Positions 38,301 to 53,650 of a stretch of DNA of 64,000 nucleotides are shown here, piece after piece. A model generated the notes under the pieces. The model saw nothing but the letters and a program-made list of their open reading frames with translations. It was not told the DNA's origin and ran no database searches. How positions within the stretch are numbered: position 1 is the first letter of the stretch; each line of letters begins with the position of its first letter. The DNA comes from Eledone cirrhosa (Eukaryota): NCBI GenBank assembly GCA_964016885.1, contig OZ024741.1, positions 280,178,001 through 280,242,000 on the forward strand, given 5' to 3'. Both the position numbers and the translations under genes were made by a program.

Positions 38301-39686
38301 ATTAGGAGATAAACTATATACAGGAAAGCCAGCTAATCCTGCTACAAGTTTTGTATAATTGCAAAATTACTTAGCATGATTATTTAAAAAAATATATATT
38401 GGCATGCTAACAGAACCATTTGTCTTCCTGTTGTAACTAGTCTTGAATTAAATGCTGAATTGCTAATTTATACAGGCTTATAATATTGGATGATATTTCT
38501 TATATTTCATATCATCGTCCAAAATATTGATCTTATATTTATTATTACTGTTTAGCTGCATTAGTTCAGATTTTGAGGATATAAACATAATATAAACCAG
38601 ACAAACATTATTGATTTTGTAATTTATAACTTTAAGTCTTAGTAATCAGTAACCATTTAATTTTTTTTCCCCCCGTACAGTTGGCATCTTCTACAGAATT
38701 AGGCCATTTAATGGGGGTGAGTAAACAAAAGTACAAAGTATGTGTGGGTAAATATAACAACAGATGATGTTGTAAATATTTTAGGGTCTATGGATAGCTT
38801 GGAGATATAAATATGACCAATGCTTAATTTGAATTGTTAGAGATTAATAGCTGAAGGGTACAGAGTGAGAGTATCAAATTATATAGTATAATGATTGGGC
38901 AAGTGCTTAACTCTAGGTGGGGAAAGATAGGATGATGAGTAATGAGAGCAGTAAAAACAAGTAGATTAAATTGGATTAGATCAGCATAACATTTATTCAA
39001 TTCAAAAGACCAGAAGCCATTGTACTAATGGCATAAGAAGCAAGAAGAAGGTTGCACAGTTCATGTGTGAGCTTGTAGTGAGATATGTTTGTACTGTTTA
39101 TGAATCCCTGTAACTATCTAACTTATGGGTGGACATAGTGGATACCTCATTATTGATATAAGAGCAGCACTTCATTGGCAAAACTCAGGACTGAAGTATT
39201 CATCATCATCATCATAACCCTTTTACATCTATTTTCCATGCTGGTATTGATTAGAGGGATTATGTTATGAGGTTAGACAGGTCAGATGACTGCATTTTGC
39301 TCATACATTCCTTTTTTTGGCTTGGTTTCTTTGGCTGGATGCCCTTCCTAATACCCACCACTTAATGTCCTGTACCAGGTGTGTTTTATTGTGACACCAC
39401 TACTACCACATGACAGGGTGGACTGGGTGTTTTATTATGGTACCACTAACACCACATGGCAGGATGGACTGGGTGTATTTTATTGTGGCACCACTAACCA
39501 CATGGCAAGGAGGACTGGGTGTGTTTTAGTGCGTCACTCTTAATACCACTTGGTAGAAAGGTCCATGACATAGCACTAGTTTCAGAAATGGTTGATCAAA
39601 ACTGGTAGATTTCAAGAGTAAAAATTCAGTAGACTATCGATATATATCATCATCTTCGTTTAACGTCCATTTTCCACGCTAGCATG

Positions 39687-39719
<33 letters not shown>

Positions 39720-42700
39720 ATCCTTGCTTGCAGAGAGAACAGACATTAAAATGACAACGATCATGATATATACATGTATGCACACATGCACACAACCTCT
39801 CATATTATTGATAAAGATATCCTCTGAGTTTCGTTCATTTTTATTTAATTTTCTATTTTATATACCTAAAGCGAAACATTCCGGTTTTTGTTTTGTTTCT
39901 ATATTTAAATTTTCAAATATTTCTCAAATTGAAACACGTTCAAAGTTAGTGATTAGTAAGTTTTCTTGTTTTCAATTTTCTCATATTCATTGCATTACTT
40001 TCAAACGTGAAACAAAAATACTTTTTTTTATATTTCGTAATCCCTCTTAATCATTGATATCATTTTATAAGCTATAACTTTTTACACGCACATGTAAATC
40101 TCTTCAACATATTTTTCCTTAATACATTTTTTGCCCTATTTTTCTTTCTTTTACTCCCCATTTCTCATCTAACTAAAATATATTCAGATTTACTATTGTG
40201 TGACATGCTGTTTATTTTTCAACATTCCTCCACCCATTCACCTCCTTTTTTTTTTTTTTTTTTTTTTTTTCCGCCTTTATCTGTGTAATTCTTAACTTAG
40301 TTTGTTCTAGGTTAGCGATACATACATTTGTTTTGTCTATTAACAATTTAAAGTGCTTGTACGTTTCCGAAGTTTAAGGTCATTTTCTTTCTTTTTCTGC
40401 AACAACACAATGCCATGTCTGAATAGCAGAAGTATAACTTCCTGAAAGTCAGATACTGCCAGATGTAGGCACTGCTGCCAAACAGCAGCAAGGATACCCA
40501 AAACAAATATGTGGGTCACTCCCCACACTCCTACCTCATGTGAAAAAAGCTACACCAATGGCCCTGCAAAAAAGCATAGAGTAGACAAACCTTTAGTGAC
40601 TGTTCCTTATCAGTTCTTGAGATCACCATTTCCTGTAATCCTTCACAATTTCATTAACCCTTTTGATAGTAACCTTACCCAAACCATCTCAATGTTTATG
40701 GTATACAACAACTCATTTATAAATGCTTATATTTAAATTCAAACTGCTCATCATAATTTTATTTCAGAATGTTTTAAGTTATGTTCCTAACACCATCTTA
40801 CTAATAAAGTTAATTATTTTCCTAAATCCCACCAATTTTTTTCTTTTATCAATATTTTCAAAATTAATTTTATATATATATAGGCTGTCTTTCTCATCAG
40901 AAATATGGTAATGTAATGGTTAAGAATCATCATGGCAAATCTCTTGAATATTTAGATGGACTGTTTCGTTCATTGTTGTTTTAATGGCGAAATGTTCAAC
41001 TGTAGGCAGTGGGAATAACTGTATAGATTAGTCCATAATGTAAATCCTGATTCCATAATACAGAATATCAGGTAGAATGCTTTACAATGTCCATTCTGGC
41101 TTTCTGAGTTCAAATCCCATCAAGCCCAACTTTGCCTTTCATTCTTTTGATGTCGATAAAAAAGATACCAGACCAGTATTGCGGTCAATTCTTTTTATCC
41201 CTTCCTTCCTCCTCCCCCACTCTCTCTTTCCTCTTCTCTGGAAGAAATCAGCTTTGTTCAGACCTGGCGAAGGGATGGGGGTCCAACAAGTTTAAGTGCC
41301 CAAGACATAACATATGTCACGATGGCACCCCTACAACTCTACCAAAAGTTAAGAATACATATTTATTTATAAACCTTTAATCATAATTTTAAGGCAGCGA
41401 ATTGGCATAGTTGTTAGAATGTCGGATAGAATGTTTGATGTATTCGCTTCAGCTCTCTGAATTCAAATCCTGTCATGGTCAACTTTATCTTTCATCTATT
41501 CAAGGCTGATAAAAAAAAAGTACCAGTTTAGTACTGGGGTCAATTTTTCCTCTTTCTCACTTCCATTCTTTTACTCACTGGAAGAAATCTGGTGTATTCA
41601 GACCTAGACATTTAAAGATTGCCCAAGAAATGCCATATGTCAATATGATGCCCCTACCACCCCCATTAGGAGTTACAGGACCATACATACATACAATAAT
41701 AATTTTGTGTAAGAAACTTGTTCTAAATACCAGCTTAAAAATGAGAAAGTTATTTTACTAAATCTCTCCAAATTCTTGATTATTTTCAAAATTATTTTAA
41801 AATCATAGGTAGTATCTTTCATAAGAAAAAGGTTAACAGAAAATATTGTTTATAAGAGAAGTATTATAGTCAGAGCTATAGTATTTTGTATTAACTCAAA
41901 TATACTCTGAAATTACACACTTATAATCTTATGTGACCAGGAAACTAAATGTTGAGGAGAGATTGATTTCTGAATGTGGCAGAGTACTTAGATATTTACT
42001 GGTGTAATTCAAATTTGTCGTTGAACCTGTAGCAGCAGAGACTGCCAGCGTTCTTGGTCCCTGGACCATCTCCTTACTCACTATTATCGGGGTGGAGTTG
42101 GGCACCCACAAGAGTGAGCTCTACCTGTTGGAATGGTTATTTCAATGCCTCCCTCACCATCCTCTGAGGTAACATTTCTTTTCACTTGCACCTAGAGTTC
42201 TGCACACTAGAGAGCGTTCATTTTCCTGCACTGTCCAGGTTTGTATCGTTGAAGTAGCAATGTTAAAGTATTCTGTCTCAGAGATTTATTTTCGATAAAT
42301 AGTTCGTACCTAATGGCATATACAACATTTAAGCTAGTAGTGGTGAGCCACAATCATTCAGCCACTACAGTGCAGTCAAATTATCCTGGCTTCTAATTAG
42401 ATTATTTTGTCTAGACTCTTCAATAAACATACTATACTAATTGTTCAAGCATGAATCCATGAATTTTGTGCCAGTAGTCTAGTTCCTTAGCTGTCTTATT
42501 AACTCCAGTTCAAAACATTGTGAACTTTGTCACTCAAAATCTTTTCCCCACTAAGGAATCTTGTTTGCACTGCTGCTGCAACAAGACATTAATTACCAGA
42601 TTTTTTAGAATATAAGTAAGATAAAAGGCTTATAACTCCTGATGGAGTCGTAAGAGTGCCATCCTGACAGTGTGTCTTTGGCATTTTAAACCTGATGGAG

Positions 42701-44325
42701 CCCATCCTGCTCCAGATCTAAACAGCCAATTTCTTCCTATGAAAGGAAGATGGAACAGAAGAGAGAGAGAGGAAGAATCAATCTCACTTTTGGACAGGTA
42801 CTTTATTTATCGACCTGGGCAGGGATTTGAACTCAGGGTGCTGGGAGCTGGAGTGAGTACCTTAAAGAATTTTATCTAATGGCTCATTTTGAAGAAAATA
42901 AATTAAGTTCTACTTATACATGGCTTCAGTCAGTCTCAAAGTGCCCCTTAATCCTCTGCTTGGCTTTTGTATTGTATATTATTGTATTCATACCCTTGGT
43001 GTATAAAATATAGGCAGATTTTGACATCAAATTTTGCTGTAAAAAAAGTATCTTATACATCAGAATATATGGTATCTAGTATAGAGATAATATAGACATA
43101 AAATATGTGGTGATATTTGTTTATGAAAGTAATTATTGGCAATCATTGATTTCAAATAAATTACATATATAACGAGATTCAAAAGAGCTTTACTTAATAC
43201 TAGTCGACCATTGCTGTCAATAATGCGGGTAATATCCCACTGAACATATTTAATTCTTGGACTCAAGGATTGATATGTCATATACACCAAGATTACTGAA
43301 TATATGAATTATAAACCTGGGAAATTGTTTTGATAAATTTAGGGTTTGCATAAGAGAAACCCTATAGTTTATGTCCATTACTGACACGTGGAAGTGATTA
43401 AAGATAAAAATGATATTTTAGTTACAGCTTTCTATGTTTTTGAGTACCAAACCCGCCATGGTCAACTTTGCCTCTCATCCTTCTGGAATCGATGAAATAC
43501 AGTACCAGTCAAGTACTAGGGTCAATATATTCCACTTCATCTATCTCTCAAATTGCTGGCCTTGTGTCAGTGTCGGACAAAGTGCTTAGAGGAATTTGTT
43601 CCAGTTCTTTACATTTCTTAGTTCAAATCCAGCTGAGGTCAACTTAGCCTTTCATTCTTCCTGGGTCAATAAAATAAAGTACCAGTCAAGTAATGGGGTT
43701 GATATATTCAACTTTCCTCTTCCTCTCAAAATTGCTGGCCTTTGTACCAAAATTAGAAAACATGGTGTTTGATCCCCCGTAGCAGCTGGTGATAACTTCT
43801 TTTTCCGTCTTTAAGGATCTTCACCCTATTTTGTAGCATCTCCGCACATAAGCACACCATTCTTTATATTGTCATTATTATAGCTATATATACTACTAAC
43901 GTGGAGTTTTATATAAATCAGCACTAATAGTTATATGATGTAAACAAACACCCTTACATGGCTGATATTTTTTACAGTATTAACTCTTTTCTGATAGATC
44001 TACTTTTATGTTTACACAAATAAACTAATTAATTACCAAAAGAAACAAACAAAAAGATAATTAAATGTATTTTGGCTTTATTAAATATCTTTTGTATGTG
44101 CACATGCAGTGCAATACAATGTGACCGTACAACAGGAGGCACTAAAATAGATGAATAAAGATAAATATACTTTTTTTAAATGTTATATGAAACAGTTATC
44201 ACTTTCTTTTCAAATCAAGGTTTGTTGTAAATTGTGGTGGCGTGGAGGTTACATATGTTTTTTTTTAATGCAAAATAAAACTATTTATTAATAACTGGTT
44301 GGCTAATGAAGCCGCCCTAACGCAA

Positions 44326-44400
44326 ATGATCTTAATGACTAAAGTTGAGAAAATTGAAGTGCTAGAAATTGAAAATGTGGACCAAGGCTTCTGCGAAGAG
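44326..44400 (+). CDS. Candidate first coding exon: MILMTKVEKIEVLEIENVDQGFCEE
   Basis: ATG at 44326 (second at 44335), upstream in-frame stop, GCCGCCC just upstream, phase-0 donor GAG|GTATCT; in phase with the exon at 46101. Confidence 0.55.
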
Positions 44401-46100
44401 GTATCTCTATCCACTTTATTTTATCTCCAGAGGTACTTTACCTAATTTTCTCAACTATTATTTATGGTTATTTGCATTGGGACAACTATAGTTCAAACTA
44501 TTTGTTGTTTGACAAGTCACTACATATTTAGAAAAGGATATATCTTTCAATATTTTACTGAAATTCTATTAACATCTAAACATAGGCCTGGTCCATGCTA
44601 TTTAATTTGGATTTAACAAAAATTTATCACTGGAATATATACTATTTGTTTTTACTAATAAGTAAACTAGACAAACTAGGTAAATATATATTTTAGACTT
44701 TTCTTTAAAACCAGTGTTTAGTGGATGGTAATAACTGGTCTTTCACTGTTAATTTTTTTAATTTGTTTTATATCTCTACACAACATAGTTTTTCCCTAAA
44801 ATGTCTAAGATACATATATATCTATTACATTGTTGTAATTATGTACACAAGGTACATAATAAATATTAACACACCCTTCACAAATTGACAAGAATTAGTT
44901 TACATTGCCAAAATGAACGCACTTACCCTCTAAACATGTACGTAAACTCACTATTCTTAGTCAATAGATATTCTTTTTCTCATGACTTTTGCCGGACTAG
45001 TTTATAAAGTTTTAAAGAATTGTGAGGAAAAACAAAAACAATGTCAGATATGTTCAATGGATAGATAAAGATCTCATATTTGAGATTGTTCACTTTTAGA
45101 ATACATGCTTGCATATACATATATATATTATATATAGAGAGAGTGAATACATACTTGGATGGATGCATATATATATATATATATAGAATACATGCTTGCA
45201 TACAATTGATCAATAAATCAGTTAAGTTCTTGCAACTGGTGTAGTCAGTTGTTGGGGTGCCACTCAAGATGTTTGACTGTGTGTCCATCATGGCATTTCA
45301 GTTGGCCTTAGAAAAGCTTGACAGTGCCCATCTCCTCTCCAAGAGATTTTCATATTCAGTATCATTACATTCTTAGATAGAGATAGATGACTATTAGTCT
45401 TGCCAACTGAATAAAGTATACTTCACTGAGGAGGTCTAATAAGACCAAAACATAGCTATTGCTTTCACCAGTGGCTCTAAGATCAAAATCTCACTACTGC
45501 AGTTTCTGTTTTCCAAAAAATTCCAATTCTTTTATTGCAGTTCTCTCCTTGGCTTGCTTTTAGATTATAACACACCCAAAGGGCATTTTTGCCTTTTATC
45601 ATCATGGATAATCTTTTCAGCTCACTATATTACACTTGGTACCATGCCCCCTTCTTTTGTGCCCCTGTGGCTAATAAAGAAATATATATTACACTTGGTA
45701 CCATGCCATATTTCTTATTGAATCCTTACATTTTTTTTCTTTTTACTTCAGTTTGGATTAAATGCTTCAGAATTTGTTCTAACTCTCTCTCTCCAGTTTG
45801 AGTTCAAATTTTACTAAAGTCAACTTTGCCCTTCATCCATTCATTGTTGATAAAAAAAAAAGCACCAGTCAAGGGGTGGAATTGTTAATGAGTTACTATC
45901 TGATTCGACTCAGTGTGTTCTGAGTTCAAAATTTCACCTCCTGGAAAGACCAATGGAAACATTGTTTCTTTGGTCCAATCCGATGATCTATTGGTTTTTT
46001 TTTTTTTTTTTTTGTTTTGTTTTTGGATTGTCCTGAAATTGTTAAATGCTGTGTTCCTATGTAATTGTGGTTTTGATGGAATAACTGTTTGTTGTTGCAG

Positions 46101-46185
46101 ACTTTAGCTGTCACAGATGACACCGTACTTGAAGCACATAATGAAGATCCGGCTCTTATACAGATGCGTTTGATTGATGATGGAG
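46101..46185 (+). CDS. Internal coding exon: TLAVTDDTVLEAHNEDPALIQMRLIDDG (protein not recognised)
   Basis: Acceptor TGTTTGTTGTTGCAG|, only one open frame, donor GAG|GTAAAT (phase 0 in, phase 1 out), CpGs kept inside CpG-poor surroundings. Confidence 0.7.
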
Positions 46186-47358
46186 GTAAATCAATTTTTC
46201 TTCTTTCTTTTTACTTTCGTTAGAATGACAGATAAAATGCTTTGTGGTATTCATTTCAGCTCTCTGCAGTTCAAAACACGTCAAGGTCAACTTTAATTTC
46301 ATCCATTCAAGGTTGATAAAAAAGTACCAGTCTAGTACTGGGGTCTATTCTTATTCTATATCTCTTTCTCACTTCCTTTATCTTATACTCTATCCTTCTC
46401 TGGAAGAGATCTGCTATGTTCATTAGAAATATGCTAACAAAAGGGCTAAAAGACCTTTGGAAGAAGCAAGGAGTTGTGAGATTTTCAACTACTAAATTGA
46501 ATATAGCAAACAACTCCCACAAGAAGTCCAAGCACAGTAAAGATAACCCCTTTACCATATTTTTAATGAAATACACTGCCAATGTGTTTTAAATTAATTT
46601 TGAAAATAACCAAACATTTGGAAGAATTTAATAAAATAACAAAATTTTCCATTATTAAGCTAATATTTAGAACATGAAAATAAAATTTCTAAAATAAGTT
46701 TTATATGAAAATAAACATTATAAAATGAGCATTTTTATTTCATAAATCCTGGCTGGTTTCTGTTTATCTCCATAAATAATTAACTTTTATAGTTCTATAA
46801 AATAAACAAATTTATTTCTTTGTCTTTTTGTTGTGCCTTTCAGTAAATTATGTTATTTGCATGTGTATCCAAGTTAGAATAAGTACATCATATCCCTGCA
46901 TTTCATAAGAAGCAATTTAAAGGGTTGGTGTCAGGAAAGGTAAAACTATTATAAATAATAATAATTATAATAAATAATAATTATAAACTATTCAAAATAA
47001 ATAATAGCTGTAAAACATTACCCCAGAAAGTTCGGTCCAGCCCATGTCAAAATATATAGAGGTGGAAAGAAAAATCTACATGCTTAAGTAGTTGCTAATA
47101 GAATGGGTATCTAACAAGTGTTCAAATTATTCACATTTTTATCCTGCTAAAAAGATATAATGTCATTCTGTGTTAATTGAGACCAACAGGGCTGCAATGT
47201 CTTGAAAATCAATAACAATAACAACTATTCAAATATGTGACAGTTTTGTTAGTAATTTGGCTGGATATTGTGAGAAAGACTGATGAAACTACTCTCTCTC
47301 TCTGACATTTTGCTAGAGACTTGGTCTACAGATTTTGCTTGTTTCACACATTCCTTAA

Positions 47359-47548
47359 CCCTTTAGCATTTAAACCGGCCGTATCCGGCTAGAATTCTCT
47401 CACCTCTTTCTGTTTAATTTGTAAGGTATTGTTTTCAAAATAAATAATATCAAAATCTCAGATTCAATATTATGTGAGATAATTATGAGGTAAAGCCTTT
47501 ACCATGAAAATACAATAGTATATATAGAGTAATGTAAATACTAAAGGG
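47359..47548 (+). mobile_element. piggyBac-like MITE
   Basis: TTAA|CCCTTTAGCATTTA ... TAAATACTAAAGGG|TTAA. Confidence 0.85.
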
Positions 47549-49267
47549 TTAATGCAACATCAGTTAACTCTTAACACCCTATAATGGTTTAGTAGAAAAT
47601 ATTTTTAAATGGGTTTAATTCAAATATTTATAGTATCTCTACTAGTGGACAGATTGTTTTGAGAATTTGTAGTATTAGAGTAAAAATTTCAATATCTAAT
47701 GTGAGGCAAATAATGAGTGCAGTTTTGTACTTTTCAGAGATGTCTTACTAATGTTATTTTATATGTTTTGTTAATTCAAATGTTTGAACTATCTTTACTA
47801 GTTGACAGATCATTGTAACAAATTGTAGTATTAGAGTAAAGACTTCAATTTTTAATGTGATACAGTTTCATGTTGTATAGGATGTCAAGTAGTGTTTATG
47901 ACTTCAATCCCACCCACCCACAAAAAGTTTTTGTTTTGTTTTTTGTAAACAACAAATAATCACATAAGAGGTACCAACTGTTTCAAAGAAACACTGCTAA
48001 GAAACTGTTGACCTTTTCATGCTACTTACTGCATTACACTTGAACATATTGCAATTCTGGTGACTATTGTTGCTTTGCTGGGATGACTCATGCATAAGTA
48101 ACAGATATGTGAATGTTTAGAAAAGTTGAACTACATAAACTATATAATCTGTCAAATTTAAAGTACTTTATTTCAATAGAATTAGATGCATGACATAGGC
48201 TGGTCTGACAAAATATAATTTTGGTCAATATTATTTTTAGTAAATTTACTATGAAGAAAATTATGTGAAGGTAGTTCAGTTTTAAAAAGAAATTTGTATT
48301 TAATATTGTCAAATCTCTCTTGTTAATATTAATTGCTTCATTAGGATAGCATTTGATTAGAGTTTGCTCCTGGATTGAACTGTTTGTAATGTTTGTTTAT
48401 TAGTTCATTAGTTTATCATAATTTTTTTCTTCTTTTTCTATCTATCTTGTCTTTAACCATTTTTTCTTTTGGCTTTCCTTTCATTTAATCAATCAATCAC
48501 CGTGTCCATTTTCCAGCTAGCAAGATTTGGGTGGGTTTTCACTGTTTGCATCTTGCTTCGATGCATTCCCATCTTCTACTAAGTGCATTTTATTGTGGCA
48601 CAGCTATGGAGTCTTCCTGGTCCTTTGATAGGTTTACAATGGCTGGATACCCTTCCTTATTGCCAATTGCTTTGCAGAGTGGACTGGGTGTGTTTATAAT
48701 TTAGATCACCAACACTAGGAAAGTTGTGTTATTAACACAACTGAAGAGTCTTCTTAACATTTTTAGTATAATTTCTACAGTGCGTTGCTTGTCTTATCAC
48801 CAACCACTTTATATCTTTTATGATTAAAACCTATTTATCAATGCATGTCATCAGAACATTGGATAGAATGCTTTGAAGTTGATCATAAAAAGTACCAGTC
48901 CTGTACTGGGGTTGATTCTTTCTCTGTGCCTACCTCTTTCTCTCTAACTTCAAACCTGGAGAGAATACAGCCTCTGCCAAGTTTGAAAAGTTCCCAATGA
49001 AGTCACGACAGTGGCCCTACAGTAACTCTTGATGGAGTTGTAGCTTCATACATAGATACATATATCAATGCATTTCAACAGAATCTGGGAATTGTATTCT
49101 CTGTCAGAATATTCAGAGCAACAGGAATGTTATTCAAAATTCCCATGCTAGCGTGGAAGATAGATGATGATGATGATGTCTACTCGGAAGGAGACTAGAG
49201 ATATTTTTCTGTGCTCACATGATGCATAGTATTTAAAATATACTGTTACAGCCTACTTTTCCTTTAA

Positions 49268-49435
49268 CCCTTTAGTCTACATTACTCTATATTTACTATT
49301 AAAGGTTTTATTGCACATAATATCAAATCTACGAGATTTTGACAACAATGCCTTAACATAAGTATGAGTGACCAGTTTGAACAAAAAGAAGTGGGAGAAT
49401 TCTGGCTGGATACGGCCGGTTTAAATGTTAATGGG
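49268..49435 (-). mobile_element. piggyBac-like MITE, same family in the opposite orientation
   Basis: TTAA|CCCTTTAG ... GGATACGGCCGGTTTAAATGTTAATGGG|TTAA; reverse complement of 47359-47548. Confidence 0.85.
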
Positions 49436-50629
49436 TTAAACAGATCATTTATTACCATGGTGTCTGTAAGAAATTGAAATCTTTGTTTTTAGATTCATGT
49501 CTTTTTTTTATACTTTATTTCCATAATGTTAACTAATTTAGGCACAGGGCCAGCAAATTTGGGGGAAAAGGCAAAGTTAATTAAATTAACCCCAGTACTT
49601 GATTGGTTCTTTATTTTATTGACCTCAGTAAGATTTGAATGTAAAGGGATGTAACTATATGCTGCAAAGCATATCTGACACTCTACCGATACTGTGAATT
49701 CACTACTTAGCTATTTGGGTTGAGGGACTGGGAATTTAAAAACAATTCTTTGTTGAAGTGACTTTGTTTCCTCACAAGAGATGATGTAAGTATACCCAAT
49801 TCATATTTGCTATATTTCTGTTTGGCTATTTGTACATAATTTATAAGTGTAATCTGATTATGGGCTTTATTATACTCTGATGAAATTAGTTTATTAATTT
49901 TCATTAGTCTGTATGCTTTATAAGCCAAGATAACTGTCACTGAAAGTGGTGTGTGCTTGTAAATAAATATACTTATATAACACACTATATAACCATTTAA
50001 TTTGTTGAGAAATTAGGCAGGAAGCTACCAAGTACTGCTAAAATGAAAGCAATGTTTATGTTGCTTTCTTTTATAATCAACCATAATAATATGCCATGTC
50101 TATTTCTCTATATATATATATATATGTCTGTAACTCTTTAAAGTTTAACATACATACTCTGATTTCCTACTTCTGTCATATTGCTACAATAAGAAGTTCA
50201 GTTTCCAGTCACGAGACCCTAGGTTCTAACCCTACATTTGTCCCTATAAATAGTTATTTCTCCAAAGTTACTCATACATGCTGAACATTTATGTAATTAT
50301 AACCTAGAAATAAATTATTAAAATACCATTCTTATCTTAATCAATTCCACTTGTCAGAAATCAACATAAACTATTGGGTTTCCCTTACGTAAACCATAAA
50401 TTTATCAAAACGCAAATATCCCAGTTTGTAATATTGTTCATATATCCAGTAATCCTGGTATATGACATACCAATCCTGGAATCCAAAAATTAAATATATT
50501 CAATGCTACTGTCATCATTATTGATGGCAAGGAGTTGCTAGTATATTATAATATACTCTTTAGAATGTTTTGCTTTGCGGGATGATTATTACTTATATAT
50601 ATTAACAAGTGCGCTAGCAGCCGAAGTCT

Positions 50630-50885
50630 ATGATATATCTGTATAAATACAGTGTATCATGCAGTTTACTCGAGAGAAGACTACATTGGTATGGTCACGT
50701 GATGCGCATGAAAGACAACAGACAGCTGTATAAAAAAGTGCAGGGCGATCAAAATAGGTGGAAGCTACGGAGTAAGCAGACCCAGAAAAACCTGGGACAA
50801 TTTGATAAATTCCGACCTTACACACTTACACCTGACCGAGATCTTTGGCGCTATGCAGTAATACAGAAAACCAGCCTTGCCTAAG
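50630..50885 (+). mobile_element. RTE LINE 3' fragment, followed closely by an RTE-tailed SINE (50975-51245)
   Basis: ERRLHWYGHVMRM...DRDLWRYAV. Confidence 0.8.
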
Positions 50886-53496
50886 TACAAAGCGAAACCT
50901 ACAGTCAGTAGGCACCTCCTAACCAAAAATACACCCCCATCCCACTACCCCCTCCCCTTTCTCTGTAAAGTTATGTTGGTACCACAACATCCAGCCCTAA
51001 ATAAATGAGGTTGTGTAGGTGTCACGACAAAAAAACACAGTCCACGCTGTAATGTGGCCGTGTAGGTAACACGGTAAAAACCTCCCAGTCCACACTGTAA
51101 ACGTGGTTGGTGTTAGGAAGGGCATCGAGCCGTAGAAAACCCGCCAGACAGTCCTATACAAGCAAGACAACCAATCTTGCCTCACGTGGGACAATTCCCA
51201 TCTAAACTCATGCTAGCGTGGAAGATAGACGTTAAATGATGATGTATAACCGAGACTGCATCAGTGTGTATATACTTCAAAATAATACTATGAGCGAATG
51301 GGTATATATACCCACCAAATACATTATATACATGCCTTCTGATAAGGATCCACTTAGATCCAAAAATCAATTAAAGGTGTTTATCATTAAGTACCAGTAA
51401 TGCACTGGGTAATTGCTGGCCTTTACATTGTGTGTGTGTATATATACTACTGTGGAAAAATGGACGTTAAACGGTGATGATGATATATGTATATAAAATA
51501 GAAAGAGACTATGCATCGTAAACAAAGTTGATTTAATATCATAACAAAGAAGTAAAGTGGAACAATCATATGCAGTGTTGTTACCATATACATTATGTTT
51601 GTCAGTTTGTGTTAAGAGTGATTTATCAAATCTGTCAAGTTGTTGTGGACTTCCAAACACAACACCAGATTTCTACATCATTTTCTATTTTTATAATGGT
51701 AAACATTCTTTTCAAGAAGTAGTATGAGTAACTAGTAACATGGAATTTATTTATTTATTTTTAATTTATAATCTGGTCACCATTTTTTTTTCCATGTCAA
51801 AAGCCCCATTGAATTAATTTGCATTCATCTAAGCTTAGATAAAAATAGTTACTCAAATGTTTATCAGTTGTAGCAATCTTAGCTAGTCAATAGCATATGT
51901 TTTTGTTGTTGTTGTTAATTAGTGGAGTTGTACTTAGCTATAGTTTTTCATTGATATCAAGTAAGATAGTACATTTCAAGATCAATTGTTATTTTTTTTA
52001 AATATATCTTTTTATCTAACCAGTCTAACCAAACATGGTTTTGAAAAGTCAATATGATGAATACATTGTTATATTGATATTTTCCCATGGAAATGTATTT
52101 GCCAACCTATTGTATTGTGTACATACTCTCACACACATGCCATAACTTTGAATGCCTATCAGTTTTTTTTGTGTGTGTGTGGATTTTTTACGTTGCCTTT
52201 CAGCTTATAGTGAAGTTATGATCCTTTGTAACACACATCCATTGTCTATGTTCATCATCACAGCGTCTATTTTCCAAGCTTGCATGGGTTAGATGGGTTG
52301 ACACACTGAGGCTAGACTAGTGTGGTGACCACGTCCTGATTGTACAAACTGTTTTGTACTTAGTTTCTACAGCTGGATGTCAACCATATTACTGCATGTA
52401 CTGGGAGCATTTTATCGTGACCCTGGCACAACCTTACAGGTTGAACTGGGTGCTATTCACCATGGCACCAGCACTACCACTTTACAGAGTTGACTGGGTG
52501 CATTTTATCGTGGAACCAGCACAACCTTCTTACAACACTAGGAGCTCAATACAAAATATATTTTTGAAACGGTTCAAACTGAGAAACGACCAATTAATAA
52601 ATCTTTATCTATTGTGATATGAACTTCAATAATATGGCAGTTTGGTACTGATAACTAGAAATACATAATATACAAAATTAGAAGCTTAACTTTTTTTTAT
52701 ACATCATCACCAGGTTCCAGGTCTGTTCCAGACATCAGTGATCATGGCTGTCAGTGTTCTGAATAAGGTCCTATTTTCATTGATGTATTTATTCAGGGTG
52801 TCTGTAAATGTCGTTTTTTCTCTTTCTTCCTTGTCTCCTCTTTCTAAAGATCTTGCCACAAAGAATCAACTTCTCCAAACCATCTCTTCTGTTTATGTAC
52901 CCAAAGAAATCCGACTGCCTCTTTATACAAACCTAACCAAAACCACCTCTGGTTCTATGAAACAAAACTTACCATCATAATTTGATATAAGAACCTTTTG
53001 TTATGTTACAAATACCATGTTAATAATGAAATAATTGTTTGTTTTGTTTTAGTAAATCCCTGCAAATTCTTCATTAATTAATTCAAACACAGTGTATTTA
53101 ATAATATGATATGAACTTCAAGGTTGCAATGCTTCAGAGATCTCTTGTAAGGAATTTCCATTATTAGAACATGTTTGTAATGGTGTTTCTGAGATCTGAT
53201 ACAATATTGTGGTATTAGTCTTATATATCAGGATTAAGTTAAGTAGTTGTTTGTGCAGCCTAATTGCATAACAGAATTTGTGTTTCTTTATCTAATACAG
53301 TGTGATGATGCTTCATCAAGTTGGTCATCTTTGTTGCCAACAGAGTACATCATCATTATTATTATTATTTAACAGCTGTTTTCCCTGCTGTCATGGGTTG
53401 TTATAGACCAAGTTAGTATTTAGAGCTACTGACCTCTCAGACAAGCTGGAACACACTTGTAACATTTGTGTTGGAGAGAACACATATATATACACA

Positions 53497-53650
53497 CAGG
53501 TAAAATTCCGTTATACTGAAAAATTTGTTATAATGGTATTCGGTATAACAAAATTGTTTTCAATCCCTGGCCATATGCTCAATGTGTTAGGTTAATCTTG
53601 TTACAATGAATTTTTTTTATACTCTATGAATTTAGTTATAATGAAATTTT
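53497..53650. mobile_element. Tigger-like MITE
   Basis: CAGGTAAAATTCCGTTATA terminus shared with 56324-56502. Confidence 0.6.
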
